NCBI RefSeq assembly: GCF_009914755.1
Contig: NC_060925.1
Length of the DNA: 64,000 bases
Origin: the human T2T-CHM13v2.0 reference genome, Homo sapiens
Direction: 5' to 3' (one strand)
Shown: positions 21,440 to 35,262 of the stretch, one piece after another
Layout: each line of letters begins with the position of its first letter
How positions within the stretch are numbered: the first letter of the stretch is position 1
Notes under the pieces: model-generated
Told to the model about the DNA's origin: nothing
Database searches by the model: none
The model's input: only the letters and a program-made list of their open reading frames with translations
Program-made: the position numbers and the translations under genes

Positions 21440-22030
21440 CTAACTAATAACTAATAACACTGAGAGCCTGAGAACAGGACTCTTACAGAAGTGCTTTATT
21501 TAGGGCACACACAGGAGAAGAGGAAATGAGAGAGGCAGGATGTGGGAGAGACAATAATATCAACTTCAGTGGCACAGACCCTCCCTTCTTTCTGAGGGAT
21601 CTTAGGCCCCAGGTACCCTTACCAGAGCTTGCTTGCTGTATTCATTTATTTACAGTGAAATCTAGAAAGAGATGCTGGGTGGATCATCTGAGTATCAAAT
21701 GTATTTCTCCCTGCACCCATTATGTTGCAGGAATCTTACCTTCTCATGATAATCAAGTATGATTACTCCTGCCAGTAATAATTCCTTTTCTGTCTCTTCT
21801 ATTCTATCTGTGCCAGGAGCCCAAAGTCAACAGGTAGAAGCTATAGTTTTAAGTGTAGTGACACTCCTGCTCTGTACCTTAGTAAAAAGAAGTGTCCCCC
21901 TTCCAGTAACCAAATTTAAAACCACAAAGCTTATAGTTGCAGGGACAGGAAGCACAATTTCCCCAAAACACATGACCATGAGGTCCACTGGTTCTGATAT
22001 GTATTGTACTTTCTAAAGGTACCAGTCCAA
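21440..22030. mobile_element. ERVL-class LTR/internal remnant
   Basis: LTR-like ctgaga..aagtgctttattt..ggagaag followed by pol-like gttgcagggacaggaagcacaattt. Confidence 0.3.
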
Positions 22031-22169
22031 TAGTGTTTGATACCTGTGTCAATAGTCACAGTAATTTGAAGACGAAAACACTGGATCAGTAAAAGGGATT
22101 TCAAAGGGGCATCAATCTCATCTACTACAGTCTTAGTTCTATTATAATTCTAGCCCCATTTTATCCCCT

Positions 22170-22450
22170 TTTATAGTGGAAATGAATATTGCAATTTTCC
22201 TGCCCCAAACTTCTCATTGTGTATTGAGAGTATAGTGGACAGATAAATTGTCTCTTTAATTCACAGGTCTTCAGAATGAGAGAAGATATGCCAAAGACTT
22301 TTTATCTATACCTGTTCCTGTTATGATGATGAAATCCTGGACTACTAGACTGAATCTGATACCAAAATTGGAAGAGTTTTTGGGTATCTTGGGAGAGGAC
22401 ATTTTGGTTGTGCTTGGATTGTGAACTCTTAGGGTCAAAAAAGTGAATTG
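22170..22450 (+). mobile_element. MaLR (MLT1) internal 3' end up to the polypurine tract
   Basis: gcagata-like..ttcacaggtcttcaga..gatgatgaaatcctggac..ggattgtgaactcttagggtc.. leads into the LTR start TG. Confidence 0.6.
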
Positions 22451-22927
22451 CAGAGGAAGGCAGAATATCACAGGAACTATTCTTTGGTTATTTGGATGCA
22501 TGGGTGTCCTGGGGTTTGTATCACAGCTACCTTTTTTTTAATTTTTCAACAACTATCAAATCCATGAGCAGTCCAATCAATACTGAATAGTTCTGTTTCT
22601 TCAGGTCATCTGCAGTCTTATTCATTTTCTCCTTCATCATCTGTTTCTCTCTTCCTCTTTTCACCTTTCCTGCTTTCTTCCTCCTCTTCATCCGCATACT
22701 CATCTTAATCTTCTTCATTTAGTCCCTCTGGTAATTTCCCACCAAGCTTGGGACTTCACCCCAACAAAATTGTAAGTATTGTTAGGTTTTTATGTAAGAC
22801 TCTTGCTGTAGCATGGGTAGTGTGATTGATGAGTCAACCGTCTGTGGCTACCAGTTACACCAAGAATGTAACAGTATTTTTATTTTCTGTACAACAAAAA
22901 AGCTTTGTAAATGAAATTTTAACATTA
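22451..22927. pseudogene. ANP32B: processed pseudogene of ANP32B (CDS 3' end plus 3'UTR), 5' part inverted; symbol given is the parent gene
   Basis: 22451-22718 on the minus strand encodes DEEEEESRKGEKRKRETDDEGENE* (ANP32B C-terminus recalled as EEEEEGGKGEKRKRETDDEGEDD*) followed by 3'UTR; 22719-22927 on the plus strand is the remaining 3'UTR with a mutated poly(A) signal aatgaa (22910-22915); 14-bp TSD aaaaaagtgaattg at 22437-22450 and 22928-22941. Confidence 0.9.
22618..22718 (-). pseudogene. ANP32B: ANP32B acidic tail and KRKR NLS coding remnant with an in-frame stop
   Basis: frame reads EED*DEYADEEEEESRKGEKRKRETDDEGENE*; terminal TAA at 22618-22620. Confidence 0.85.
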
Positions 22928-22939
22928 AAAAAAGTGAAT

Positions 22940-23877
<938 letters not shown>

Positions 23878-25384
23878 CTAGGAATTTTCTTTTTCTTAAA
23901 AATGACAAGAAAGAAGTGAGCATGGTGAACGTTATGTACAATATAATAAAGCAGTTCAACCTCAACTGCCACTACTATGTTATAGTGTCATGTCACTATT
24001 GTTTTTCACATTGAGTTCCAGGTACTGCATCCCGACTTCTGTGGCAATAATTTTTCTCTGTCATATTTTAAAAACTACAATAATGTGATACAATGCATAA
24101 AATGTATTTCATTTTTTACCAAAATCATCTTTGCTATAGAGAACTGAAAGCTAATTTTTAATTTTATTATTTTATTTTTTTCCTTTATGGATCCTCAGAA
24201 TTCAACTTAAAGAAAGCTGATGGCTTAGAAATCTGTTTCCACTCAGGGATTCTAACTTGCATTTTGCAAAGCCTTGTGAGAATACATTTCCCTGGTCTGC
24301 ATTCCAGTAGCCTTTTTATTTCCTGTAGCTGTGTCAAAAGCAGTAATAGCAACTTAAAAGAATAGAGCAGAGTAGCTTATAATATATATACCATATGGTT
24401 TCATAGTCTTATCCCTTCATTAACTTGGAAATTACTGTATGTGATACTGTATTAGCCTGCTAATTACTATTCCTTGCATATGGCTAAGTTAATAGATATT
24501 AAATAATAAAACCTTATGTTTCATAATCTTCTTTGTTTTTGATATGTTAGCTACAAACATTCCTTAAAATCTACATGCTGAGGCAAGACAGGAGTTTTAA
24601 TTTTATTGGCATATCTATATTTGCTGGAAAAACAGCACCTTTTATTTTTAACCACACTTCCTGTCATCTACAAAGCTTTAGCAGATATGGAAAAGTTGGA
24701 TGGGTAATTTGAACACAATAATGTGGGCAGCAAATTGCCTGGTCAATTTGGTATTGAAACTACAATCCAGCATGAAAGCTTAGCTTTTTCTGAAATTATA
24801 TTAGACATAGCATTTATCAAGTTAATACTCATTAACACAGTCAATAGCAGAGTTGAGTGTAAAATAAAATTCTCTCATAAATTTGAAAATAGAATTCACA
24901 GCACAGAAGCCATTTTATAGCTAGTGGATTTATTTATTATTTTTAAGTGAAATTATTATATCAAAAAATATGAGACTACGAGAGTGAAGTTTTATAACTG
25001 CAAGATTATTAAGCATATGTGTAAAGGCAATCAAGCAGAATTGATTTTTGCTAGATTGAGTTCTTCTATAATAGCACACTGTATTTACTATGCTAGCAAA
25101 TTTTAGGGAGATCATGATAAAAATTGTACACCCCAGAATGCAAAATTGAGTATCATATTTTAAGTTAATTATTGTTTTTAATGATACAATTACAATGCCT
25201 TGAAAAAAGCAAGATCAAGACAATATAAATGGGTACTGATATGTAGTCTTTGAACTGAATCCTAAACATTAACATTAAAATACATGAAGAGAACAAAAAC
25301 AATTTACAAAAGTCCTATGAGAGAGAGAGCAAAAAAATGTTCCTCCTAATCTACTCTCTTATACAGTCACTCAACAAAACACTA

Positions 25385-25694
25385 TTTTTTTTTTTTTTTG
25401 AGACAGGGGCTTGCTCTGTCACCCAGGCCTAAGTGCAGTGATGGAAATCACAGTTCACTGCATCCTCGACTTCAGGGTTTCAAGCATTCCTCCCACCTCA
25501 GCCTCCTTAGTAGCTGGGACAACAAGTTTGTACCACCACACCCAGCCAACTGTTTTTTTTATTTTTTGTAAGGAAAATTTAAAAAATGTTATGCTATGTT
25601 GTCTAGGTTGGTCTCAAACTGCTGGACTTAAGCATTCCTCCTGCCTTAGCCTCCCAAAGTGCTGGCATTACTGGCATGTGCCACTGTGCCTAGC
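25385..25694 (-). mobile_element. AluJ
   Basis: gagacagggg..tcactgcatcctcgac..ctcaaactgctggacttaagc; degenerate TSD aacaaaacact/aacataacact. Confidence 0.88.
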
Positions 25695-26572
25695 AAACAT
25701 AACACTTCTGACACTAGTTGTGTAGGGGTATTTCCACCAAGTAATTATTCTGTCAACACCAGCTGGACGTCCTGTAATTCAACTCAACTCCAACACTGCC
25801 TGGAGATAGGACTGGATTCCACATATTAAGGGATCAGTCCCACAAGACCGCCCCCAACTTCAGATGTAATAGCAAGTAATAGGTTTTCACCTATACTTCT
25901 GACCAACCAGCTATAAATCAGGGTTCCCAATACCCCTCCTTGGGTTCAATTAACTTTCTGGAGAGGCTCAGAGAACTTAGGGGAATACAATTTACATTTA
26001 CTGGTTTATTAATAAAGGGTATAGATAAACAACAAGATAAAGGGATACATAGGGAAAGATCTGGAAGGATCTTGTAAAGGTGTGGCAGACCATTCATCCA
26101 GCATACTGATGTGTTCGCCAACTCAGAAACTCTCTAAACTCCATTGTTCAGGGATTTTTATGGAGGCTTCATCACACAGGCATGATTAATGATCAGTTCC
26201 ATTTCCAGCCCCTCTTTCTCTCCAAAGAATGGGAGGTGTGGCTGAAACATCCAAGCTCATAATCATGGCTTGGTCGATCTGGTAACCAGCACCATTCAGC
26301 ACTCCGCCAAGAGTCACCTCATTAGAACAAAAGACACTCCTATCACCCAGGAAATTCCAAGGAACTTAGGACCTCTGTGTCAAGAACTGAGATCTAAGAC
26401 CAAATATTAGAATGAAGGATTCTCTTAGTACCTTACAAGGGCATCATTAAAAGCTCTGTCTTGGAAACTGGGAAATAGACCAAATACTGGAAGAAAAGAT
26501 TCTCCTATTACCCCATCACTCAGGAAATTATAAGGGCTTTCAGAGCACTGTACCAGAGACTTAGGACAGAAA

Positions 26573-26584
26573 CATATATATACA

Positions 26585-26630
<46 letters not shown>

Positions 26631-26641
26631 TGTATATATAT
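26573..26641. repeat. (TA)n microsatellite
   Basis: directly visible. Confidence 0.9.
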
Positions 26642-27602
26642 CTTATTATTTCACAAATTCAAAAGACTGAAGGGAATAAGCCATATACCAAAGTCCAGGG
26701 GCAAGTTCATCAACCAAAAAAGATGGGCTGAGGAATGTAGTCTAGATCTACACTACATCCTCTAAACTCGGACGAAAGACAATTATCAAAAAGTAAAGAT
26801 TTTGCTTCATACTCAGAATGTGCCTGAATCTGGACATCAGAGACTGTTACCATGCTTTCTCTGAACAAATCAGAATCTGTTTCCCTTTTTGTACACGTGC
26901 TCCAGGTGTACAAAGTCAGTAAAAAGGTCAGATTCTTTATATCTTGAGGTGCAGAGAAAACACAGAAAAAAATGCTTTAAGCAGGGAGACAAAAGCATTA
27001 GAGAAAATCTGAGGATGTAAAGGGTTTTAGCTAAGATAATGACCAGAGACCTAGCAATGTACACATCCTCTTTGCAGTCATGGTTAATCCAAAGATTTTC
27101 TCAGCAATATATCCTCAAATAATAATAGCGAATTATGTAGGAGGCACAGGTAAGTAACTGGGTTGGAGTGTGCCACGGAGTCAAAGCTCAGGCAAAGAAA
27201 TTCTTCACGTAATTCCCAAGCTTGCCACCTGTCAGCCACCAAGCCAGGAAGAATGGGCGTACTATAGCATGTAAGAGCAGAAAAAAAGAGAAAAAGAAAA
27301 TTGAGCACCAATTGCTAAACCTTGGAGTGGCCTTCATTTGGGAAATAAAAAAGAGGGAAGAGACCAAGTTGGCTAGCTTGCCTGAGCAGCAGGGATGAGT
27401 CAATTTCTAATCTATCTTCAGAGAAGGAAAATATGGAAGACAATGCTATTCTCATGTGATTGTCTATGTTTTGACTCACAAATAACCTTGAACTCTAATA
27501 AATGTAATCTAATCAGTGGCATGAAGTCTCATCAACTGTATTTTCATTTTATCCTCCCTGGGGCAGGGGAGGGACCTTCACACAAAAAGAGAAAAATGTA
27601 TA

Positions 27603-28110
27603 GACATTCAACAAATATAGAGTGTTTACTAAATTTTAGGCACAGTTCTTGACACTTGGGGTAATAATACTGGATAAGATTTTGCCTACTTTCTTTTGGG
27701 AGAAGACAGACAATAAATATACAAATAAATATTTTTAAATAATTCTAATGAAGACAATGAAATCAAGATAATAAGGTAGGGAATGACTGAGGAGGAAACA
27801 TTGCTTTAGCTGGAGTGATCAGGGGAAGTTGCTTGGAGGTGACAAAAACTACAAAACAAAACTGAGTTCAGAATGACAAGGAGACAGATCTGTGAAGATC
27901 AAGGGGGAAAGCATTTCACCTCTGAGGCTCTAAACTCAAGAAATAGAAAGGGAGCAAAAATAGCTTTGATAGAATGAACAAAAGGGAAATAGATTGAATG
28001 TGAGGTAGAGTCAGTGACAACTCCTGGGTTTTGGCTTAAGCAATTGTTATTTACTTAAATGAGAAGAGTTAGGAAGGAATGTATTTGTGTCAGGACAAAT
28101 CAATATTTGT
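27603..28110 (-). mobile_element. L2 fragment
   Basis: cattcaacaaatat..taggcacagttct..ggagaagacagacaataaa..ggaggtgaca..tgtgaagatc..cctgggttttggcttaagcaa. Confidence 0.65.
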
Positions 28111-28549
28111 TATGACCTTTAAATACTACACATGTAAATAACTGTTCTTCCATCTTAAGTTATAATGTAGGTAAGGGATTCAACATTAAGCAAAGGAAAG
28201 AAGAAACTTTCAGTGTAGAAGAACCAGCTAGAAAAATCCATGATATGAATTTGTAATTGAGGTGGGATGTATGATGTCAACTTGCTGTCCACCTGGGGTT
28301 CTAAGAGAAAACCATGTAACAGCTTCTAGAACAAGGACATGGTAAGAGGATCTAAGTCATTCTTACATTGTGCAGATACTAGAATCTATTTCTCAGGATA
28401 TATCTTTCTCTATTTAAGTCTAAATTTTTTTAAAAATGTGAAGATTTATAAAAGTTTTGTAGCATAATGGAAAAGGAACCTTATTCTAAACATTCCAAAT
28501 AAATATATATTTCTTAAAATTATAGTAACCTATAGAAAATGAATATGAT

Positions 28550-29330
28550 AGAAAATATCTACTCAGACCACTGAAAAATATGCAAAAGATATGCCTCTGT
28601 GAAAGACATACTGAGTTTAATAAAGAAAAAACAGACAAAAAGTTAAAGTGGAATTGGCCAAAATAATGAAAGATGGAATTTAAAAATCAATAGGCAAATC
28701 AATATTCATACGAAGACCTAAAAAAGCAGAATTGATACTGCAGAAACCTAAATCAGTGGTTTTCTCCCTATGGGGTGGTGGTGGGGGGGCTATAAAAGGT
28801 GCTATACAGGATAGATGACAGTTAATAGGCCTGAGAAATATGAACATATTTCACTCAGGCGAGAAATCTAAATAACTGAGATCAGGCAATAACCAAACCT
28901 TAAATAGAAAAATAATACTTGAGTAGAAATATTATTCAAGCCTATGAATCAAAAGAACTAGCTTAATGAACCCAGAAAACATAATGAAAAAAAAAAGGAC
29001 TTAATATGAAGTGTTAGCACCTAGACACAAAGAGAGAGAAGGAAGAAAAGCTACCTATAAAAGAACAGAAGTTGGGCTGCCCTCAAATTTCTCTTCTACA
29101 TAACTGAATGCCAGAGGACAACACAGAATGTCTACAGAATTTTAATGGAAAAAGTGTGTGACCTGAAAATTCCACATCAACCAATTTATTGTTCTAATAT
29201 TAAAGCAACAGAAGGCATTCCTAGGTTGTAAGGACTTGGAAAATATTGCAGCCAAATATTCTTCTGGAAAAAAAAAGAATCACTGATACAATTCAAATGA
29301 TAAAAATATAAATCAAAATAAAAGTACTGG
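28550..29330 (+). mobile_element. old L1M/HAL1 ORF1 remnant
   Basis: acctataaaagaaca..atttctcttc..ctgaatgccagaggaca..aaattccacatcaaccaa pattern of the ORF1 C-terminus. Confidence 0.5.
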
Positions 29331-29389
29331 TGATGAGCACTAACACTACTTAAAGATATTAAATTAACACAATTTGATACGAATCCAAA

Positions 29390-30060
29390 CAGCCTTCAGC
29401 AAAGTTGCTGAGCATCTACTCTTGTAAATATAGAGGAAATAAGAGAAAACAAAGCACACTGTGTCCTCCTTTGCTGGAGATGCATTATGTCAGATGAGAG
29501 AGGAGTTAAACACCAAAGAATGTCACATAGTGATCAGTACTATGAAAAACATAGAAGAGGGTCATGAAATAAAACATGGCTGCAATTTTAGATAGGGGGC
29601 TTCCAGGAGGCCTTTTTAAGGAACAGGAAACTGACTGAAATGAGGGAATGAGGCTTTTAAAAGTCTTACTGAAGAGATTTTGGAAAGTGTCAAGTACCTG
29701 AGGTGAGAGTGAGCTTGTCATGGTTCCAGGAAGAACTGGGAGGCCACTGTGACAGAAACTCAGCGAGAGGGAGAGTGAAAGATGTTGTCAGTGGCAAACT
29801 ACTCAGGGTCCACTTAATATTGGGCAATTTACTCACATAGGAATTTGGATATTAATCTATGGCAGTTGGAAAACCAATGGAGAATTGTAAACAGGGGACT
29901 AATATTATCTAGCTTAGCTTTGAAAAGGATATCTTTGGAGTTACATAGGGAACAGATTATAAGGTGTTGGAAAGACAATAGAAAATTATTACAGTAATTG
30001 TCTCTATGATCTGATCTTAATAGCAAAGTATGAAGTGTCTTGCAGGAAGGTGAGACAAGG
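29390..30060 (-). mobile_element. L2 fragment
   Basis: ttcagcaaagttgctgagcatctact..gaggccactgtg..ggaatttggatatt..tttgaaaaggatatct. Confidence 0.55.
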
Positions 30061-30449
30061 GCATTTTAAATTTTGTATTGTGCCTGATGAAGGCTAAATT
30101 TACTGTAGTCACATTTGTACTGCCCTGTCCCTCCAAAGCAGCAGTAATCTTTCAGCTTCACACAAGGTATTTCCAGATCTCACAGTTTATCTAGAGAAGA
30201 CAGAATGTTGAATTTTTTATGCGAAACTTATAAATTCAAGAAGAAATATATAGACCAGAGTTTTCATCAAAATTAATAAATACATAGAAATAAATAAGTA
30301 AATTTTTTAAAGGAATAGGTTTTACCTTTTGGCTATCAGTTGGCAAGTTCAGTTCTAAACAGTAAAAACCAGAAAATACCAGGAACATCAAGGAGATACA
30401 AAAATCAGAATTTGTCAAATAAAATTACGGAAGTAAGCAATAATATATT

Positions 30450-30969
30450 TGCATTAGTGAGGATTCTCTAGAGAGACAGAACCAATAAGGAATATATACA
30501 TAATTTTCTATACCTTATAATAAATCTATTTCTATGGAGATTTGTTATAGGGTATTGGCTCACATGATTACGGTGACTGAATCCCCATTATCTGCAAGCC
30601 AGAGACCGGAAAGCTAGTGATGCAGTTCCAAGTCGTGAGAGTTGGAGATCCAGTAGTGTGGATTCCATTTTTAATCTGAAGGCTTGAGAACTAGGAGTGC
30701 CGAGGACGGAAGGAAATTGAAGCTCCACCTGAAGCAGTCAGGCAGAGAGAGAATTCAAATATCATCCGCCTTTGGTTTTATTCAAGTCCTCAACAGACTG
30801 GATGATATACACCCACTTTTGGGAGGGACATCTGCTTGGCTCAATTCACCAATTCAAACGCTAATCTCTTATGGAAACAGTTTCACAGACAAACCAAGAA
30901 ATAATGTTTAATCAGATATCTGGGCATCTTGTAGTCTAGTCAAATCAGCACATAAAATTAACCATCCCA
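30450..30969 (-). mobile_element. MLT2B-type ERVL LTR
   Basis: attagtgaggattctctagagagacagaaccaata..attggctcacatgatt..agaaataatgttta..cacataaaattaaccatc. Confidence 0.8.
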
Positions 30970-31589
30970 CTACTTTTCTACTTTTAACATATATAAGGGC
31001 TTAAATTCCCTATTTCTAGAACAACTAACAAATTGAGTCTTTTTACAAGTTTTTAAAAGTTTTTCTTTATAAAATGTGTCCGTTTTTATTTATTATGCCC
31101 CACTTGTCTTAAAAAATGAGGTAATGCTATGAGATTCACCAAAAACTGAGGTTAAATAATAAAAATAAAAATATGGATAAAATTAATTTCAGTGCTTATA
31201 AGGCCTTGGAATTCTACTATAAGTTACAAATTTTGCCAGGGTCCATGAACATCAAGAGTAATGGTTCACTCATCAATGAACTGCTGGAAAAGATGATCCT
31301 GTACTTCAGGTTTCACAGAACTCAAGAAAAGGGATCTAAACCTTACTATAAACAAATAGCAGCAGCATAAGAAAATAATAACAGATAATCACCCAAGTGA
31401 AAGGTAAACGGTCTGGCGAACTAAGGGCTGCTGTTCCAGTTATATTTTCTGGTGGCCTTGAGAATGCCTTACGAGCACAGAAAGAAAATTTGAAGTTAAC
31501 TGAGTTATAAGAATGAATATGAAATGTATTATAATTCTACATTCAAAAGGCTTTTTCTTCTCATCTGTTTAAGGCTGTGATAACCTGAA

Positions 31590-31609
31590 TAATTTCTTAC
31601 CCAAGATAC

Positions 31610-31659
<50 letters not shown>

Positions 31660-31675
31660 CTTGGGTAAGAAATTA
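31590..31675. repeat. 86-bp spacerless palindrome with one mismatch
   Basis: taatttcttacccaagataca(TA)n..tgtatcttgggtaagaaatta; only the 31625/31640 pair fails. Confidence 0.95.
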
Positions 31676-32390
31676 AGATATATATATAAGATATATATAT
31701 AAGATATATATATAAGATATATATATAAGATATATATATAAGATATATATATAAGATATAAGATATATATATATAAGATATATATATAAGATATATATAT
31801 AAGATATATATATAAGATATATATATAAGATATATATATAAGATATATATATAAGATATATATATAAGATATATATAAGATATATATATAAGATATATAT
31901 ATAAGATATATATATAAGATATATATATAAGATATATATATAAGATATATATATAAGATATATATATAAGATATATATATAAGATATATATATAAGATAT
32001 ATATATAAGATATATATAAGATATATATAAGATATATATATAAGATATATACATATAAGATATATATATAAGATATATATAAGATAGATATATAAGATAG
32101 ATATATAAGACAGATATATAAGATAGATATATAAGATAGATATATAAGATATATATATAAGATATATAAGATATATATGATATATAAGATATATATATGA
32201 TATATATGATATATATGATATATATATGATATATATGATATATATGATATATATGATATATATATGATATATGATATATATGTGATATATATGATATATA
32301 TATGATATATGATATATATATGATATATATATTATATATATGATATATATTATATATATAAGATATATATATAAGAGATACATATATATA
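31674..32390. repeat. AT-rich minisatellite, unit TAAGATATATATA (13 nt; 11-nt variants) drifting to TAAGATAGATATA and then TGATATATA
   Basis: directly visible tandem units. Confidence 0.95.
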
Positions 32391-32712
32391 TTCTAATCCC
32401 CAGAACCTGTGAATATTTCTAGAATTACATACCAAAATGAAGGTGTTTGCAGGTGTAATTAAAGAATCTTAAAAAAAAAATTATCCTGCATCATTTGGTG
32501 GGCCCAATGTGATCACGAGGTTCTTATAAGAAGGGGGCAAGAGGATAAGAGTCAAAGGAGATATGATAACAGAAGCAGGGTTTGCAATCAAAGAGAAAGA
32601 TTTGAGGATGCTACACTGATAGCTGGACAAATGGACAGCAGCTATGAGCCAAGGTGTAAATGACTTCTAGAAGCTGGAAAGCTCAATGAAATGGGCGAGC
32701 CCCTAGGGCCTC

Positions 32713-33270
32713 TGTATTTGTCACAGTTCTCCAGAAGGACAGAACTAATAGGAAAGATGTATATATAAAGGGGAGTTTATTAAGGAGTATTGAATCAGAT
32801 CACAAGGTGAGGTCTCACAATAAGTTGCTTGCAAGTTGAGGATCAAGGAAGCCAGTAGGAGTCCCAAAACATCGAAAGTAAAAAAGCCAAAAGTACAGCC
32901 TTTAGTCTGTGGCCAAAGGCCTGAGATACTCTGGCAAATCACTGGTGTAAGTCTAAGAGTCCAAAAACTGAAGAACTTGGAGTCCGATTTTCGAGAGCAA
33001 GAAGCAACTAGCACAAGAGAAAGATCAACGCCGGAAGACTCGCGAGCTGGCTCCTTCCACCCTCTTCTGCCTGCTTTATTCTAGCCATACTGGCAGTTGA
33101 TTAGATGGAGCCCACGCTGACTGAGGGTGGGTCTGCCTCTCCCAGTCTACTCACTCAAATGTTAACCTTCTTTGGCAGCACTCTCACAGGCAAATCCAGG
33201 AACAATACTTTGTATTGTTCAATCCAGTCCTTCAGTCCAATCTGGTTGGCACTCAAAATTAACCATCATG
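32713..33270 (-). mobile_element. MLT2A2 (HERVL) solo LTR
   Basis: ggacagaactaatagga..ggggagtttattaag..cagcctttagtctgtggcc..ctgaagaacttggagtc..attaaccatca; 5-bp TSD gcctc at 32708-32712 and 33271-33275. Confidence 0.88.
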
Positions 33271-34192
33271 GCCTCCAAAAAGAATGAAGTCCTCCCAATA
33301 CCTTGTTTTTAGACTCTAAGACACATTTCAGAATTCTGATCTTGAAAACTGTAAGATGATACAATTGTGTTTATTAAGCCACTGAATTTATGGTAAGTTG
33401 TTATTCCAGCAGCAGAAAAGACATATAAAGCCAGCTTAAAGATTTTATTAATCTGGCAAATTTTATTTTCATGGTAACATTGGATGAACTGTAGGAAAAC
33501 TTTGACATTTTTCATTTACAAACACAGTCAATGAAACGATTATAAACAATATAACTGCATTTATAAATCTCATGAATTCTATTTTTATTTAATTAAATTT
33601 ATTTAACAAATCCTCTAGATTTAAGTTATAAATACATTACCTCTCTCTAAGTTGAATGTTTAATTCTTAAGTCCTACCATATGATGTTTTACTTCTTGAT
33701 TGAGTTTGTTATTTACTGCCTAGTTCTCTCCTGACTCCTTTTCAAATTTTTCTATCTGGCACCTACAAAATTTTCAGGTACGTTTAAGTGATGTTCAGTT
33801 GGATTTGGGTACATTTTGTGTCTACTTTTGGCCCTAAGATCATTGATGTTAAGGCCTTAGAAGTAATGTTGGAAAGATCTCCTCTGCTATTTTGGAGATG
33901 CTAAATTTTGACACGTATTTTCAAAGAATAAACTCAGTACTCAAATACCTGTCATGATGTGGCAAAGAGCTCTTTAAGTAGAATACCTGAATATATGGCT
34001 GAAAAGAATGACAAGATAATCATTGAAAAGTAGGACAAAGGCATAACCAATAAGAGCATCATGATGGGAAACAGTAGACTGATAATAACAACTAGACCTT
34101 CCACTTTTGTGTATTGATGTGTAGTTTGAAGCCAAACATAGCATCAACTTTTTCATTACTCAATCGGGAATTGGGAATTTGGAGTAACAAGC

Positions 34193-34547
34193 TGCTACAG
34201 AATGAATATTTTCACCACCAACTACATTCCAATTCATATGTTGAAATCCAGTTCTCAAGATGGCATTTTCAGGTGGGATATTTGAGACATTCTTAGATCA
34301 TGAGGATGGAATGCTCATGAATAGAATTAGTGATCTTATTAAAAGGATTCAGAGAACTCCCTTGCTCTATCTGCCATGTGACAAAGATGGTCTGTGAACC
34401 AGGAAGTGGCCCTTCACCAGAGACTGAATGTGGAAACTCCTTGATCTTGGAGTTCCCAGCCTCCATACCTGTGAAAAATAAACTTTTGTTGTTCATAAGC
34501 CACCCAGTTTATGGTATTTGTTATAGCAGCCCAAATAAACTAAGACA
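34193..34547 (+). mobile_element. MLT1A0-like LTR
   Basis: tgcta..attcatatgttgaaatcc..aaccaggaagtggcccttcaccaga..cccagcctcca..taagccacccagtttatggtat..ctaagaca. Confidence 0.85.
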
Positions 34548-34956
34548 GAACCATTGACAACATCTGCTCTCCATTCTGGAGGATCAGTCTTGGCAGCAAA
34601 AAGGCACACCAATTAACTTAAAACTGTTGTGAAATCCAAATTCAAGCCCTTACTGCTGGCCTAGAAAATGAAAATAAGGATTCTAAAGCCACTGGACAAG
34701 AGGGAGATCATGTGTCTACGGAAGAAAACTAAACTATAAAACTATAAAAACACAATTATAGAGTATTACCAACACTAAGTTTGAGCCACAGCCAACCTAC
34801 AATAAGAAATAATGGGCTTAACCACCTGCCTACTTGAACTCTAAATTATTATTAAAGTTGCATTATATAAAAATATTCCAACTAAAGTTGAACCATTTCC
34901 ATGAGTTATCAAATTTTTGGACTCTGTATTGTATTTATTCTGCAATAATAGTAATT

Positions 34957-35262
34957 TATTTTTTTTTTTGAGACAGAATTTCACTCTTGTTGCCCAAGCT
35001 GGAATGCAGTGACACGATCTCACAATCTCTACTCACTGCAAACTCCTCCTCCAGGGTTCAAGCTATTCTCCTGCCTCAGCCTCCTGAGTATCTTGGATTA
35101 CAGGTGCATGCCACCACACCCAGCAAATTTTTGTATTTTTAGTAGAGCCAAGGTTTCACCATGTTGGCCAGGCTGGTCTTGAACTCCTGCCCTCAGGTGA
35201 TCCACCAGCCTTGGCCTCTCAGTAAGTGCTGGGGTTACAGGCATAAGCCACCGCACCTGGCT
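34957..35262 (-). mobile_element. AluSq-like
   Basis: tttcactcttgttgccc and ctcaggtgatcc diagnostics. Confidence 0.9.

Larger units (their letters stand above)
25317..26655 (-). mobile_element. MER21B/C LTR, interrupted by an AluJ and a (TA)n expansion
   Basis: acaccagctgg..cagtcccacaagac..cttcagatg..ctataaatcagggttccca..tcacccaggaaattccaagg; ends tatttcaca. Confidence 0.8.
31576..33428 (+). mobile_element. MLT1D LTR, split by a minisatellite and an MLT2A2 LTR
   Basis: tgtga..gaataat..cccaagat [expansion] ctaatccccagaacctgtgaatat..tctagaagctggaaa..gcctc [MLT2A2] gcctcca..aactgtaagat..ttaagccact. Confidence 0.8.

Noticed and set aside
22527-22718. 63-aa Lys/Arg-rich ORF
   Set aside because: Off-frame reading of the ANP32B acidic-tail remnant
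31674-32390. CRISPR-like regular repeat array
   Set aside because: No unique spacers, no cas genes, primate context; a simple tandem repeat
31569-32435. 288-aa and 236-aa Tyr/Ile-rich ORFs
   Set aside because: Translations of the TAAGATATATATA minisatellite, which lacks stops on that strand; not genes
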